From assembly GCA_022821275.1 (NCBI GenBank), contig JAJEDY010000095.1:2700-66699 (forward strand): a stretch of DNA of 64,000 nt, read 5' to 3'. Shown piece by piece: positions 27,596-37,300 of this stretch. Within the stretch, counting starts at the first letter, position 1; every line of letters begins with the position of its first letter. The notes below the pieces were generated by a model. The model was not told the DNA's origin, did no database searches, and saw nothing but the letters and a program-made list of their open reading frames with translations. Origin of the DNA: Candidatus Latescibacterota bacterium (GTDB taxonomy: Bacteria; Latescibacterota; UBA2968). Made by a program: the position numbers and the translations under genes.

Positions 27596-28914
27596 TTACC
27601 CGCGTCCTGCTTCGGCCATCAACCGGCGGTAATACGGCGTGGGCACCGGACCTTTCAGGATTGGATCGCCGACCTCTTCCAGCCAGGCCCACAATCGTCC
27701 GTCCAGTTCGGCGCGTATATCTGCGTAATTCGGGTCTTCCGCCGCGTTGTGAAACTCATTCGGGTCTTTTTGCAAGTCAAAGAGTTGCACTGCCGGGCAT
27801 TCTTCCGATGTTACGAGATATGCCGTGTTCGGCCACCGGGATGATACCGAAACCGATACATCTACAGGCGTGGCAAATAGTCTGCGGGGTTCAAAATTGC
27901 GGATCAATTTGTGGTGTTGTGTGCGAATGCAGCGCAATTCGCCCGATTGCATAAATCCGAAGATTGCGTCTCGCGGCGGTTTGCCTTTTCCGAAAGCGCC
28001 GGAAAAACTCACGCCCTGCACGTTTTCGGGTATTGGCTCTCCGATGAGGTGCAGCAGGGTGGGGAGAAAATCCACATTGCTCAAGAGCCAGTCGCAGGTT
28101 TTGCCGCCTTGAATCCCGCCGCCGGGCCATCGCACGATGAGGGGAATGGACAATCCCGGATCGTACACATGGCCTTTTGCTCTGGGGTAGGGGATGCCGT
28201 GATCTACGGTAAAGACGATGATGGTATTGTCCGCAAGGCCGCTTTCGGCAAGTCCTTTTGTAATAATTCCCACTGCTTCGTCAGCTTTTCGGAGTGCGCC
28301 CTGGTAATGGGCCAGGTCCGCGACTATTGCGTCGTTTTCAGCCAGGAAGGGGGGTACAAAAACCCCTTTGCTGTCGTCGGGTGTCACGTCTCCGAAGTCA
28401 AAGGGACGGTGTGTTTCAAAGAATCCCACCTGTGCGTAAAATGGCGTGCGTTTGACGGCTTCTGTTTTCAGAAATTCGGCTGTCACCCGCGCGACTTCAT
28501 CGGCTGTACACCGACCGCCTCCATCCCCGCGCTGGGCGTGTAATGCCTCAAAGCCCAGTGTTTGTACATCGGCGGCTTCGTGTTGCAATCCGAATAGTGC
28601 GGTGTGGTAACCGGCATCGCGGAGTATGTGCGATAGGTGCTGTTCTCCTTCGTTGAGGGACCAGTGCCAGGGGGAGTGCGTCAAGCCCATGAGTCCGGTG
28701 CTTGCGGATAGCGACCGGTGAGCATTGCCCCGCGGCTGGGGCTGCAAAGCGGTACGGTTGCAAAATAATTTTCAAATTTCATCCCATCAGCAGCCAGTGC
28801 ATCTATCGCGGGGGTATGTACGGTTTCCACCCCGTAACACCCGAAGTGACGGCCCGAGTCGTGATTGGTGATGATTAGAATATTTGGCTTTTGACTCATG
28901 TGTGTTTCTCGCAA
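27596..28914 (-). pseudogene. Formylglycine-type sulfatase interrupted by a 1-nt frameshift
   Basis: The N-terminal ORF (28914-28681) is MSQKPNILIITNHDSG...PLCSPSRGAMLTGRYPQAPDSWA*. The C-terminal frame (from ~28747) continues ...STGLMGLTHSPWHWSL... The frames switch at about 28695-28705. Confidence 0.75.
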
Positions 28915-29435
28915 ATAAAGAGGTTTTCAGATAAAAAAATCGCGCTTGCATTTTTTGCGTAGCGCGGCTGTTTTATCAAAAAGGCTCTCTCCTTTTTGGG
29001 CGAGCTTTCAAATGGAATTGAGAAATGTATTAACCTTATGGGTCAGTTAATCTTATCGACATAGATGTAATCAATATATTAATCTTTTAAATTAATTAAA
29101 ATTATCAAAAATTTGTTGTTGTAGCATAGTTTTAAGTAGTGATTTGAAAGGTATTGCCGCACGATTTTAGCTGCGATTCAGTAATATTGGAAAGACTTTT
29201 TTGCAAGATATAAATAAGTTTTACTAAGTAACCATTTACTCACTTAGATAATATATTACATCCTGACCCAAAAGCAACCCTAATTTTTAAAAAATTTCAT
29301 CGTTACAGAGTCGCTATCCCATTAACAAAATTGGCGTTGGACATGGCTCAGTACAGGTACACGAAGCGTGGGATCCGAATCGTTGGCGGCAGCGATTTAA
29401 TCCGCCCTGTCAAGCGTTTTTGCAGTACAAACTTA

Positions 29436-29472
29436 AGGCGCCGACGGGTGAGATACAATCCGTCAGGCGCCT
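29436..29472 (-). terminator. Hairpin of the AGGCRCYTGACGG family, downstream of the 29504 gene
   Basis: The minus strand reads AGGCGCCTGACGG-attgtatctcac-CCGTCGGCGCCT followed by TTAAGTTTG, a weaker T-tract. Confidence 0.45.
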
Positions 29473-29503
29473 GTAGATTCAGATGAAAGATTTTTAGAGT
29501 AGC

Positions 29504-30886
29504 CTACCAGTCCCCGCGCTGGTATTTGTCCCAGGTCTCAAAAAGTGTCTTTTCCAATGCTCGGAGTTCATCGGCTGTGCCGGGATGTGGAGTGTGTGTA
29601 TAGACTGCACGATTGATGTCGGTTACTGCCTGGATCAGATTTTCGCGCGGGTTCCCCTGCAGGTCGTAATAGCCATTCTGGTTGTTCTTTGCGAGTGTGT
29701 CGCCGCCCTGATCGTACATACAGGCGCAGTACGTGACGCCCAGAACCTGAGGGTCTTTATAATGTCTCATCAGGCTTGCCCGGTATATTTCACCGCGCGC
29801 GTCGTGAGATGATACACCCGCGTGACGCTTGCCTTTTTCGCCGGGGTAGTGGAAACCGAAGTAGTCATCCGATAAAAGGATGGGCAATCCTGCGGTATCG
29901 GCCAGTTCATTGACTGAAATTGCGCGGTTAACATGCTGGGGTGCGATCATGTCGATGTAGGGTGCCGCTGCTTTCCACGATTCTCCGGTCAAAGCCCATT
30001 CTTTGATAAAGGAGCCAAAGATGAGATGGTTGCTGTCCCACCGCCGAATAGCCGTGTGGGCAATTTTGTAGAGTGTGACACACATGTGGGAGAGGATGGC
30101 TTCGAAATCATCCAATTGCCGTGGATTTAGTGTTTTTTGTATTGCCGGATAATTGCGGTTCTCGAAGGTCTGGTCGTAGGCGAGTATTTCCGTCTGTTTC
30201 AGGTCGGCAATCTGGCTCAAAGAAATGTCGTATATCCGGTTGAATTTTTGAACGTCGTTGTCATACCGTTGTGCGAGCAGGTCGATGATGGCATTTCGTC
30301 CAGGGCTGTCTGGCGGTAGGGATAGATGGTGGTTTACCCAGTGTTCTGAATGGTTAAATGCACCGAAGCCATAATAATAGCCCATTACGAGCGGGTCATC
30401 TGCAGCAGCTGGACAAGCCGCTTCGGCTCTGGATTCGATCAGTTGTTCAAACGCGGGATCAAAAATATCCGGGAGTGTTTCTCCTTCGACAAATTCCCAG
30501 GGATGTTTTAGCAAGATTACGCCAACTGCAAAGGGGAAATTCTCTTCCCGAAATATTGTCTCTGATTCTGCGATATCGACAAATCCGTTCAGGTTGCGTT
30601 CCGGGCTTGTGGCACCGCCCAGGGCGCAGTTAAAGCCCATTGCGCGGGCATTGGCAAGCGAGCCGCGCACCCATGCTTCCCGGTCACCCCCGTAAACATT
30701 CTCGCAGGCTACATCGCTTTCCCCCGACAGCAGATGGCTGAGCGCTACGGGAAAAAAGACGTTGCCCTGCGGCGTTATAAACCAGTTTCGACCATTGATT
30801 TCTTCCAGATGAAAAAAGCCGGTCTTTTCGCCCTGAATACCCGTCCATCCACCGTATTCGTCCAGTTCGGTATTTGTTGTGTTCAT
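29504..30886 (-). CDS. Hypothetical cytoplasmic protein, possibly glycoside-hydrolase-like
   Basis: Preferred start MNTTNTELDEYGGWTGIQGEKTGFFHLEEINGRNWFITPQGNVFF at 30886, with GAGGG upstream. The 55-aa track extension runs through intergenic repeats. The functional call comes only from a general resemblance to TIM-barrel GH N-termini. Confidence 0.4.
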   Translation of the reverse strand: MNTTNTELDEYGGWTGIQGEKTGFFHLEEINGRNWFITPQGNVFFPVALSHLLSGESDVACENVYGGDREAWVRGSLANARAMGFNCALGGATSPERNLNGFVDIAESETIFREENFPFAVGVILLKHPWEFVEGETLPDIFDPAFEQLIESRAEAACPAAADDPLVMGYYYGFGAFNHSEHWVNHHLSLPPDSPGRNAIIDLLAQRYDNDVQKFNRIYDISLSQIADLKQTEILAYDQTFENRNYPAIQKTLNPRQLDDFEAILSHMCVTLYKIAHTAIRRWDSNHLIFGSFIKEWALTGESWKAAAPYIDMIAPQHVNRAISVNELADTAGLPILLSDDYFGFHYPGEKGKRHAGVSSHDARGEIYRASLMRHYKDPQVLGVTYCACMYDQGGDTLAKNNQNGYYDLQGNPRENLIQAVTDINRAVYTHTPHPGTADELRALEKTLFETWDKYQRGDW

Positions 30887-30916
30887 TCTTACCCTCGTGC
30901 ATTTTTCGATAAAAAA

Positions 30917-30952
30917 AGGCACCGACGGATGAGTGTACTCCGTCAAGCGCCT
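30917..30952 (-). terminator. Intrinsic terminator, same hairpin family
   Basis: The minus strand reads AGGCGCTTGACGGAGTACACTCATCCGTCGGTGCCTTTTTTT. Confidence 0.55.
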
Positions 30953-30992
30953 GTGTGAAAACAAAAATAGCCACGGATGAACACGGATGTAG

Positions 30993-31012
30993 GGGCGAGG
31001 CATGCCTCGCCC
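30993..31012. repeat. Perfect 20-nt palindrome GGGCGAGGCATGCCTCGCCC (copy 1)
   Basis: Self-complementary. The 25-nt string TGTAGGGGCGAGGCATGCCTCGCCC is identical at 44547-44571. Confidence 0.9.
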
Positions 31013-31158
31013 GTCATAGCGGCTTGGTTTTAGCCGCCTGTCTGCGTGCAATGCACAGACAGGCGATCCAGAAAGGTTTGCCTTTCGCCTTTCATCCGCG
31101 AAAAACGCTCAAATTACTCGCGTTTTTTTCTGCGTCATCTGCGGATACCTTCCCATCG

Positions 31159-32232
31159 TTAGTTCCCGAAGTCAAATCCAACCGTCACGACATGTACTGA
31201 ACCCAGACGGCCAAATTCGATGTAGGCGTAATCCACGCTGATCCCGTATTGATCGCGCTTCAGATTGAGACCCCCGCCAGCGGTGAGGCCCTCTTCGTCG
31301 TAATTGAAGCGGTACCCGCCGCGAAGATAGGCCAGGTTTCGCAATCCGTATTCGGCGGCTATGTGCATTTTTTCGTCGCCGTCATTGGGATGCGTAAACT
31401 CGGTTGCCACCGTGAGGAGATGGGGCTGATCCTCTGACTGTTCGACCAGATCAAAAGCCGCACCGAGTTTGAATACCATGGGCATTCGCACTTGCGATGG
31501 CGGGATTTGGATCTGTTCGTCGTATTTGGTGAACTCGGTATCGGGACCGAAATTCTGCCCGAGCATGGCTATCCGCAGGCTTTTGATGCCGGTGTGATAG
31601 TACGTGCCGATATCAATCGCCCAGTTGCCAGTGGTGGCATCGTCTAAGGTTTCCTGAAAGTACTTCGCCGTGCCGCCTACCTGCAAGCGGTCTGTGATGC
31701 GCCGACCGTAATTGAAGCCCACGGCGAGGTCGCCACCCGAAAACGTGCCCAGGCCTTCTATAACGGGCTGGGTGCGGCCCAGGGTTTCGCCATCGGAACC
31801 AAATAGTTCCTGGTTTTCCGTGCGCACCATATCCCCGTAATCGAGGGTACTGATGCTGAGACCGAAAACACCCCACTGGTCAAAGTTTTTGACCACGGCA
31901 CCGGAATAATAGGTGATGTCGGCAATCCAGTTCATGTTGCTGCCCGAAAGGCCAATATTTTTCACATCTGAGATTGTAGCTGGATTGGTCAATGCGGCGT
32001 TGGCGTCTGCCTTGCTCAATACCGTTGCAATACCTCCCAGACTCGCCATGCGTGCCGAGGTGGGCAATTTGGCAAATTGCCAGCCCGACCGTCCCACGCG
32101 ACTATAGGGTAGAGCCGCGACGCCTGGGCCTACCTCTGCCTCGAACCGCCGCTGCGCGAACCCCTCACTTGCAAATCCCAGTACGAGCAAAAGGATCGGG
32201 ACCATTGTCCATTTAAATGTACAACGTTTCAT
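31159..32232 (-). CDS. PorV/PorQ-like outer-membrane beta-barrel protein
   Basis: Signal peptide ...EGFAQ, then LPTSARMASLGGIATVLSKADANAALTNPA and a beta-barrel pattern. Confidence 0.65.
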   Translation of the reverse strand: MKRCTFKWTMVPILLLVLGFASEGFAQRRFEAEVGPGVAALPYSRVGRSGWQFAKLPTSARMASLGGIATVLSKADANAALTNPATISDVKNIGLSGSNMNWIADITYYSGAVVKNFDQWGVFGLSISTLDYGDMVRTENQELFGSDGETLGRTQPVIEGLGTFSGGDLAVGFNYGRRITDRLQVGGTAKYFQETLDDATTGNWAIDIGTYYHTGIKSLRIAMLGQNFGPDTEFTKYDEQIQIPPSQVRMPMVFKLGAAFDLVEQSEDQPHLLTVATEFTHPNDGDEKMHIAAEYGLRNLAYLRGGYRFNYDEEGLTAGGGLNLKRDQYGISVDYAYIEFGRLGSVHVVTVGFDFGN

Positions 32233-32244
32233 TATAGCCTCCGT

Positions 32245-34314
32245 TTATCGAATGATCATGAATTTCCCAACGTGAGACTGGCCTTCTTGTCCCGCTACGT
32301 GAGATGTTACGTGATAGATGTAAAGCCCAGCTGCTGGGCTTTCGGAAAAGTCCGTCTGGAGATAATTGCCATTGGCCTGACTGCCCCAGGTGGTTTCTCC
32401 AAAACCGTCGTGTTCAATAATTTTTATCAAATCGCCCGCAAGCGTGTAAATCCGGATGGTGCATTTGGCCGGGATATTTACAAAAGCCAAGCGATTGTTC
32501 TGAGATGCATCCAGCAACCCGCTTCGCTGGCGGAAGGGATTGGGCACCACGCGGATTTGAGTCATATCATCCGAAGGCGCCTTGGGGGCTTCCGTAGCGA
32601 AAAATGTATAGGCCGTTATGCCGCTTTCCAGGCCGTGGGTATCGTAGGAGGTCACCGCAAAGCGGAAGGGGATACCGGGATCGGTCTCGACTTGAAAAGC
32701 GATCTTATCCCCCTGCTTATAAGCTGCGGCTTCTGAAGCGGAAATATCCGCAAGCTCTTCCCAGGGACCGGTGATGTGAATTTCTGATCGGTAAACCCGA
32801 TATCCGGCAAAGTCATTTTCACCTGTGCCCGGGTCCTGGTAATTGTCCGGAACGGCTTGCCAGGTTAAGGTGAAACCCTGCTTTCCAGTACTGGCGTCGG
32901 CAAATGGCTCAGCCTCCAGCTTGGGATATCCGTCTTCGACAAATGGCTGGGTTCCCACAAGAGGGGGCGGATACTGATCGGCGGGCAGCTTGTAATCATT
33001 TGCGATCAGTTCCAGAGCCGAATCCCAGTTTTGCTTTAACGCAGCAATACCTTCTGCCTGGTATCGTTGTGCGGCTTCTAATCCACCGCGTTGGGACACA
33101 TTGCGGTCCATCTCGCCAAAACAATAGAGGATGATCAGTTCAATTTCATCGCCGGGCTGAAAATTGTAGGGACCAATGTAGGAATACAGCATGGGGGATC
33201 GCTCGAACAGATTGCCATCCACCGATCCGTCTTTGGGACGGGATGGGTCGTTCCAGAGGTCAATCCAACTCGCCCGCTCCTGATCGTGTGAAAATGCCAG
33301 CAAATCCTGTTCCCAGCTTTGCCCTGCCCACAGACGTCCGGATTCGCGCGCTGGTACGCGGGCATCGCTCATCCTGCCCGCGAAGTTGCCCGTCCGCGTG
33401 CCAGACTCGGCCGCAGCGAGGATATTGTAATGGGGTTCTTCGGGCTGGCCGTTGTAAGTCAGATTCAGAATGCCCCACGCCCGGGCTTCTGGTTCGTAGA
33501 GCCTGCGATCCAGAGACCCGGCCTCGGTGATATTGCCGGGGTCACCCCCATCGCCGGTCACGTCTCCCGGCGGCTCGAATATGTTAAACGAAATGGGCGC
33601 GCTTTCCGTGGTGGGCCACTGCACATCGTCGTAGAATATGAAAACTTTCCGTTCGGGATCCCAGTCGAATTGCATGTCGTTCTTGAACTTGAAGGCGTTG
33701 TTCACGAGTTGACCGTTGTTGTACTGAACCTGAGCGGGAAAACACATGTAGAAATCTTTAAATGGTACATCATCCACATGTTTGATCTTGATCTTGTGGA
33801 TGACAAAATCGTCGTATTTAGGCACACTCCACACCATTGTCTTGGTGGTGATCTGCATTGCTCCCATCGGATCGGCCGGGCTGGCTGGATTCATTTTGAA
33901 GGTCTGGAAAACGCCTTCGCCCCATTGCTCGGCCTCGTTAGTGCCACCTGGTCCCACGAAATTGTAATTGTAATTGTTGACCATGGGCGTTACGGCACCG
34001 CCAAAAGACACAATGCTTCGTTCTGTCAAATTGATCTTGACCCGTCGCCCCTGATTGTTGACCCAGATCCAGGGCGCAATCATGTCCATATGATCCGGTG
34101 CTTGATAATAGCCAGGATATGAAACGACATTGGGAATCGCCGTTTCTGCGTAATTCGCCGCGGTACTCGTGCCCCACCACAATCTTCCGGCGGTAAACTC
34201 AATTGGGTTGTTGCCCACGAGTTGGCTTTCGGGCACCTGAGCATTTACAACCTCCGGCAACATCAGCACGAGGCACATCACCCAGAGTGGGAGAAGCCTG
34301 CGTATTGCATTCAT
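32245..34314 (-). CDS. Secreted ~690-aa protein with FN3-like region and T9SS-type C-terminal domain (paralog of 21461-23779)
   Basis: Signal peptide ...VVNAQ. WSVPKYDDFVIHKIKIKHVDDVPFKDFYM aligns with WSHPDYDDFIIYELTFENVGDKPLNDTYF in the paralog. The C-terminus is VVPNPFRQ...TIRIYTLAGDLIKII...AGLYIYHVTS...GKFMIIR. Confidence 0.65.
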   Translation of the reverse strand: MNAIRRLLPLWVMCLVLMLPEVVNAQVPESQLVGNNPIEFTAGRLWWGTSTAANYAETAIPNVVSYPGYYQAPDHMDMIAPWIWVNNQGRRVKINLTERSIVSFGGAVTPMVNNYNYNFVGPGGTNEAEQWGEGVFQTFKMNPASPADPMGAMQITTKTMVWSVPKYDDFVIHKIKIKHVDDVPFKDFYMCFPAQVQYNNGQLVNNAFKFKNDMQFDWDPERKVFIFYDDVQWPTTESAPISFNIFEPPGDVTGDGGDPGNITEAGSLDRRLYEPEARAWGILNLTYNGQPEEPHYNILAAAESGTRTGNFAGRMSDARVPARESGRLWAGQSWEQDLLAFSHDQERASWIDLWNDPSRPKDGSVDGNLFERSPMLYSYIGPYNFQPGDEIELIILYCFGEMDRNVSQRGGLEAAQRYQAEGIAALKQNWDSALELIANDYKLPADQYPPPLVGTQPFVEDGYPKLEAEPFADASTGKQGFTLTWQAVPDNYQDPGTGENDFAGYRVYRSEIHITGPWEELADISASEAAAYKQGDKIAFQVETDPGIPFRFAVTSYDTHGLESGITAYTFFATEAPKAPSDDMTQIRVVPNPFRQRSGLLDASQNNRLAFVNIPAKCTIRIYTLAGDLIKIIEHDGFGETTWGSQANGNYLQTDFSESPAAGLYIYHVTSHVAGQEGQSHVGKFMIIR

Positions 34315-34390
34315 CAGAAACTCCTTTGTTGTTTGAGAAGGGAATTGCAGGCCGGGTATCGTTCATTTTTCTCGACACCCGGCTATTTGG

Positions 34391-37300
34391 CTAATAATCA
34401 ATCGACAGCGAGAAGAACAACTCTCTCGGATTCAGGTCCGGGCGGTAAATCGTCCACTGATTCGGCTCTACCCATTCGGCTGAAGCACCATCTGGCGTCA
34501 GATAGGAGGCTTTTATCACGGGCATTTCGCCCTTTTCAATGTAGTTGAACAAATCCTGTCCGCCGAACAGTTTCAGGATTTTGTTGTTGAAGACATTGTG
34601 TATGTCTATTGCGAATTCGCCCTTCATTCCACCCACCAATTCGAAACGCTTGGAGAGGCGCGCATTGGTGCGGTGATAGGGTTTCCACGACCGGTTCAGC
34701 GGCTCGGTACTCGTATCGCCGGGCGGATGATAGGTGTATCGCTGCGCCGAAGCGTAGGTGTAGTGCATATTCAAGAACCAGTTCCCCATCACCGGGCCGA
34801 AGTTGTTGGGCGTGCTGAGCAATGCATTGAGCTTAAACGTGTTGTGCGGGTTCCACAACTCGAGGTTGTTCTCGCCGGATCCGTGATAGCGATCCCGTCC
34901 GAGTTGCTTGATCGAACCGTCTGGTTGTTGGATGGGAATATAGAGGCTCGTCGGGCCATAGGCACCCGTGCTGGAATAGGACAGGTCGTATTTGAGCTGG
35001 AGGCGCACATTTTGCCAGCGCTTGGTGCTCAATTCCAATTCCAGACCGCGTGCATCGAGGCGAGCTCCCGCCATCGAGAAAGCGCCCCGGTTGGTAAACC
35101 CACTCTGAGGTGTTTGCTTCTGCGGATTGTTGGGATCCATAAACAGAGTGAATTGAAGCGTTGAACTGTTGCCGGTTTCTTCCTCTCGTCCCTGTCGAAA
35201 GCCTCGCCTTGTCAGATCCTTGGCGTCCTTGTAATACATGGTTACATCTAAACCGAGCACACCGGCAATATCCTGATCAAAGCCCACTTCGTACTGGATC
35301 ATCTTTTCGAACCCGATCTCCGGGTTGCCACCTGTGCCCCACCAGTGGATATAGTTGTAATCCTCGTTGGGATTTGGATCGTAGTTGGGTGGCAGTTGAA
35401 CGCTCGGATCAGAGGGTGCCCCGCGGTTCCAGATGGCTTTATTCCCGGCAATTTTTACCCAGGGAGGTCGCTGGTTAAAATGTCCGTACATAAAGTGCAA
35501 GACGGTGCTCGCGGTAATGGGATGCGCGATGCCCACGCGGGGTGAAATCGCGACCTGTAGCGGTGTCTTGGCGGCATGGGGACCGTCCGGATCAAAGGAC
35601 AGAATTCCGCCCGCAATATTGCCATCGGTAATACTCGACAGCGCGTAGGGATCCCACAGGATGTAATTCACGTTCCGGTTGGCGTTGAACATGTCCAGGC
35701 GCAAGCCGAGGTTTACGATCATGCCTTCGGCTTCGATTTGATCCTGCACATAAGCGGTGAAATCCCAGGGGCTATAATCCCTGTTTGGCACCTTGTTAAA
35801 CGGTTGTGAAGCCGATCCAAATTGTCCACCGTACCAGGTATCGATATACTGCGGATCGAATGACAGGCCCGCCTTGACCAGATTGTATTCGTTGACCTGG
35901 CTGGTCAGATCAAAATTGATTGATGTTCGCCAGGTATTGGCGAACAGTTTGGCGTTATCTCTCGGCCATTGCCACCGCCGTCCGCCAGTGCTGACCGGAC
36001 TGGTGGGGAACCAGGTGGGTTCCAAAAACACCGGGGTTCGATCGAGTTGGTCCTGGAATAAGACGGGATTCGTATCCAGGTTTTCGTAATGCGCGTCGTA
36101 ATCCATTCGGTAGTGCTGAATGCGGAAATCCATAAATGTGCGCGGACTGAAGACGTGCGTCAGTTTTAACATTGCCGCATTCGTCCGAATATACTGTGGA
36201 GGCGGCACGCGCGAGTTATTGCCGGTAATTACGCTGTTGCCATTCGAATTCCATTTCTCTCTCTGAAAAGGCGTTCGGATTCCACCCGACGGAAGATTCC
36301 CCATTGAACCACCCATATCGTCGGACGACATGTAAGACAATCTGGGCTGACCACTGTTGTCGGTGCCCTGGTGGTTGAACGATGCCGTGATTTTGGTGTT
36401 CTGGGTCAGGTTGTAATTCAATTTGGCGAGCGCGCTCCATTCGGGGCTGTATTTGAAAACGCTCGGCCACCTGGTTACACCTTGCAAATACTTGCCGCTT
36501 AACAACAGATCCATATTGGAGGAGATGGGACCGAAAGCAGCACCTTCCCACTCCCACTGGTCCAGATCGGCGTAATTGCCCATGTCTTCCGGTGGCGTTG
36601 TGAATTCCTGGTATTTTTGCCAGTTGAACTCGGGTGTAGGATTTTGGCCCTGTTCTGTCCAGTAGTTATTCCAGGAGGCTCCCATGTCGTTTTTGTCGAA
36701 GAACTCTTTGGTGATAACCTGGTTTTCGACATTTTCCTCGCTGTAAATATTGCGGCCCCAGTGGTACTTCCCGCGCGGGCGCATGCGCGTTTTGGCAGTC
36801 GTGTGCCAGCGGTCTCGCGCTGATCGCGTTACGATGTTGATGATCCCATCGTTGGCCCGGCCGTATTCCGCGTTGTATCCACCCGTGAGTATTTCCATTT
36901 CCTGGATGGCCGCGGTATTGGTCACGACAAAGCTGGATTGGGTATTGCCGTCCCGCACATCCACACCATCTATAATATAGGCGGCGGTGAAGCCATATCC
37001 TCCGCGGATACTTCCCCGAACCCCTACCCCAGATTGGGTTTCCACGGCCTCTTCCACGGAATTGGCCCAACTCAATTCCAGGTCCATCGTCGTTAGTGCC
37101 TGCTTGCTTCCCGTGAGGTCGAGTTCTACGGGTGGGCGTTCGGCCATGACCAGTATCTCGGCTGCTTCGAGGGTTTCTTCGGTCAGTTCAAAATTGAGTT
37201 TTGTGGTCTGGTCGATTTTTACGCGGACATCGGTCTGTGTGACTTTCGCATATCCCACCATTGATGCCTGTACTTCCAGCATGCCGGGTGGGACATTGAG

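Noticed and set aside
28915-29435. Possible tRNA, tmRNA or riboswitch in the AT-rich spacer
   Set aside because: I found no T-loop (GGTTCGAATCC-like) or acceptor-stem pairing and no familiar riboswitch core by eye. It is reported only as an unexplained spacer.
30887-31051. 55-aa N-terminal extension of ORF 29504-31051 (…GRGMPRPYIRVHPW…)
   Set aside because: It is translated from the intergenic repeat mosaic (palindrome and 9-mer array). The ATG at 30886 with GAGGG upstream gives a sensible N-terminus.
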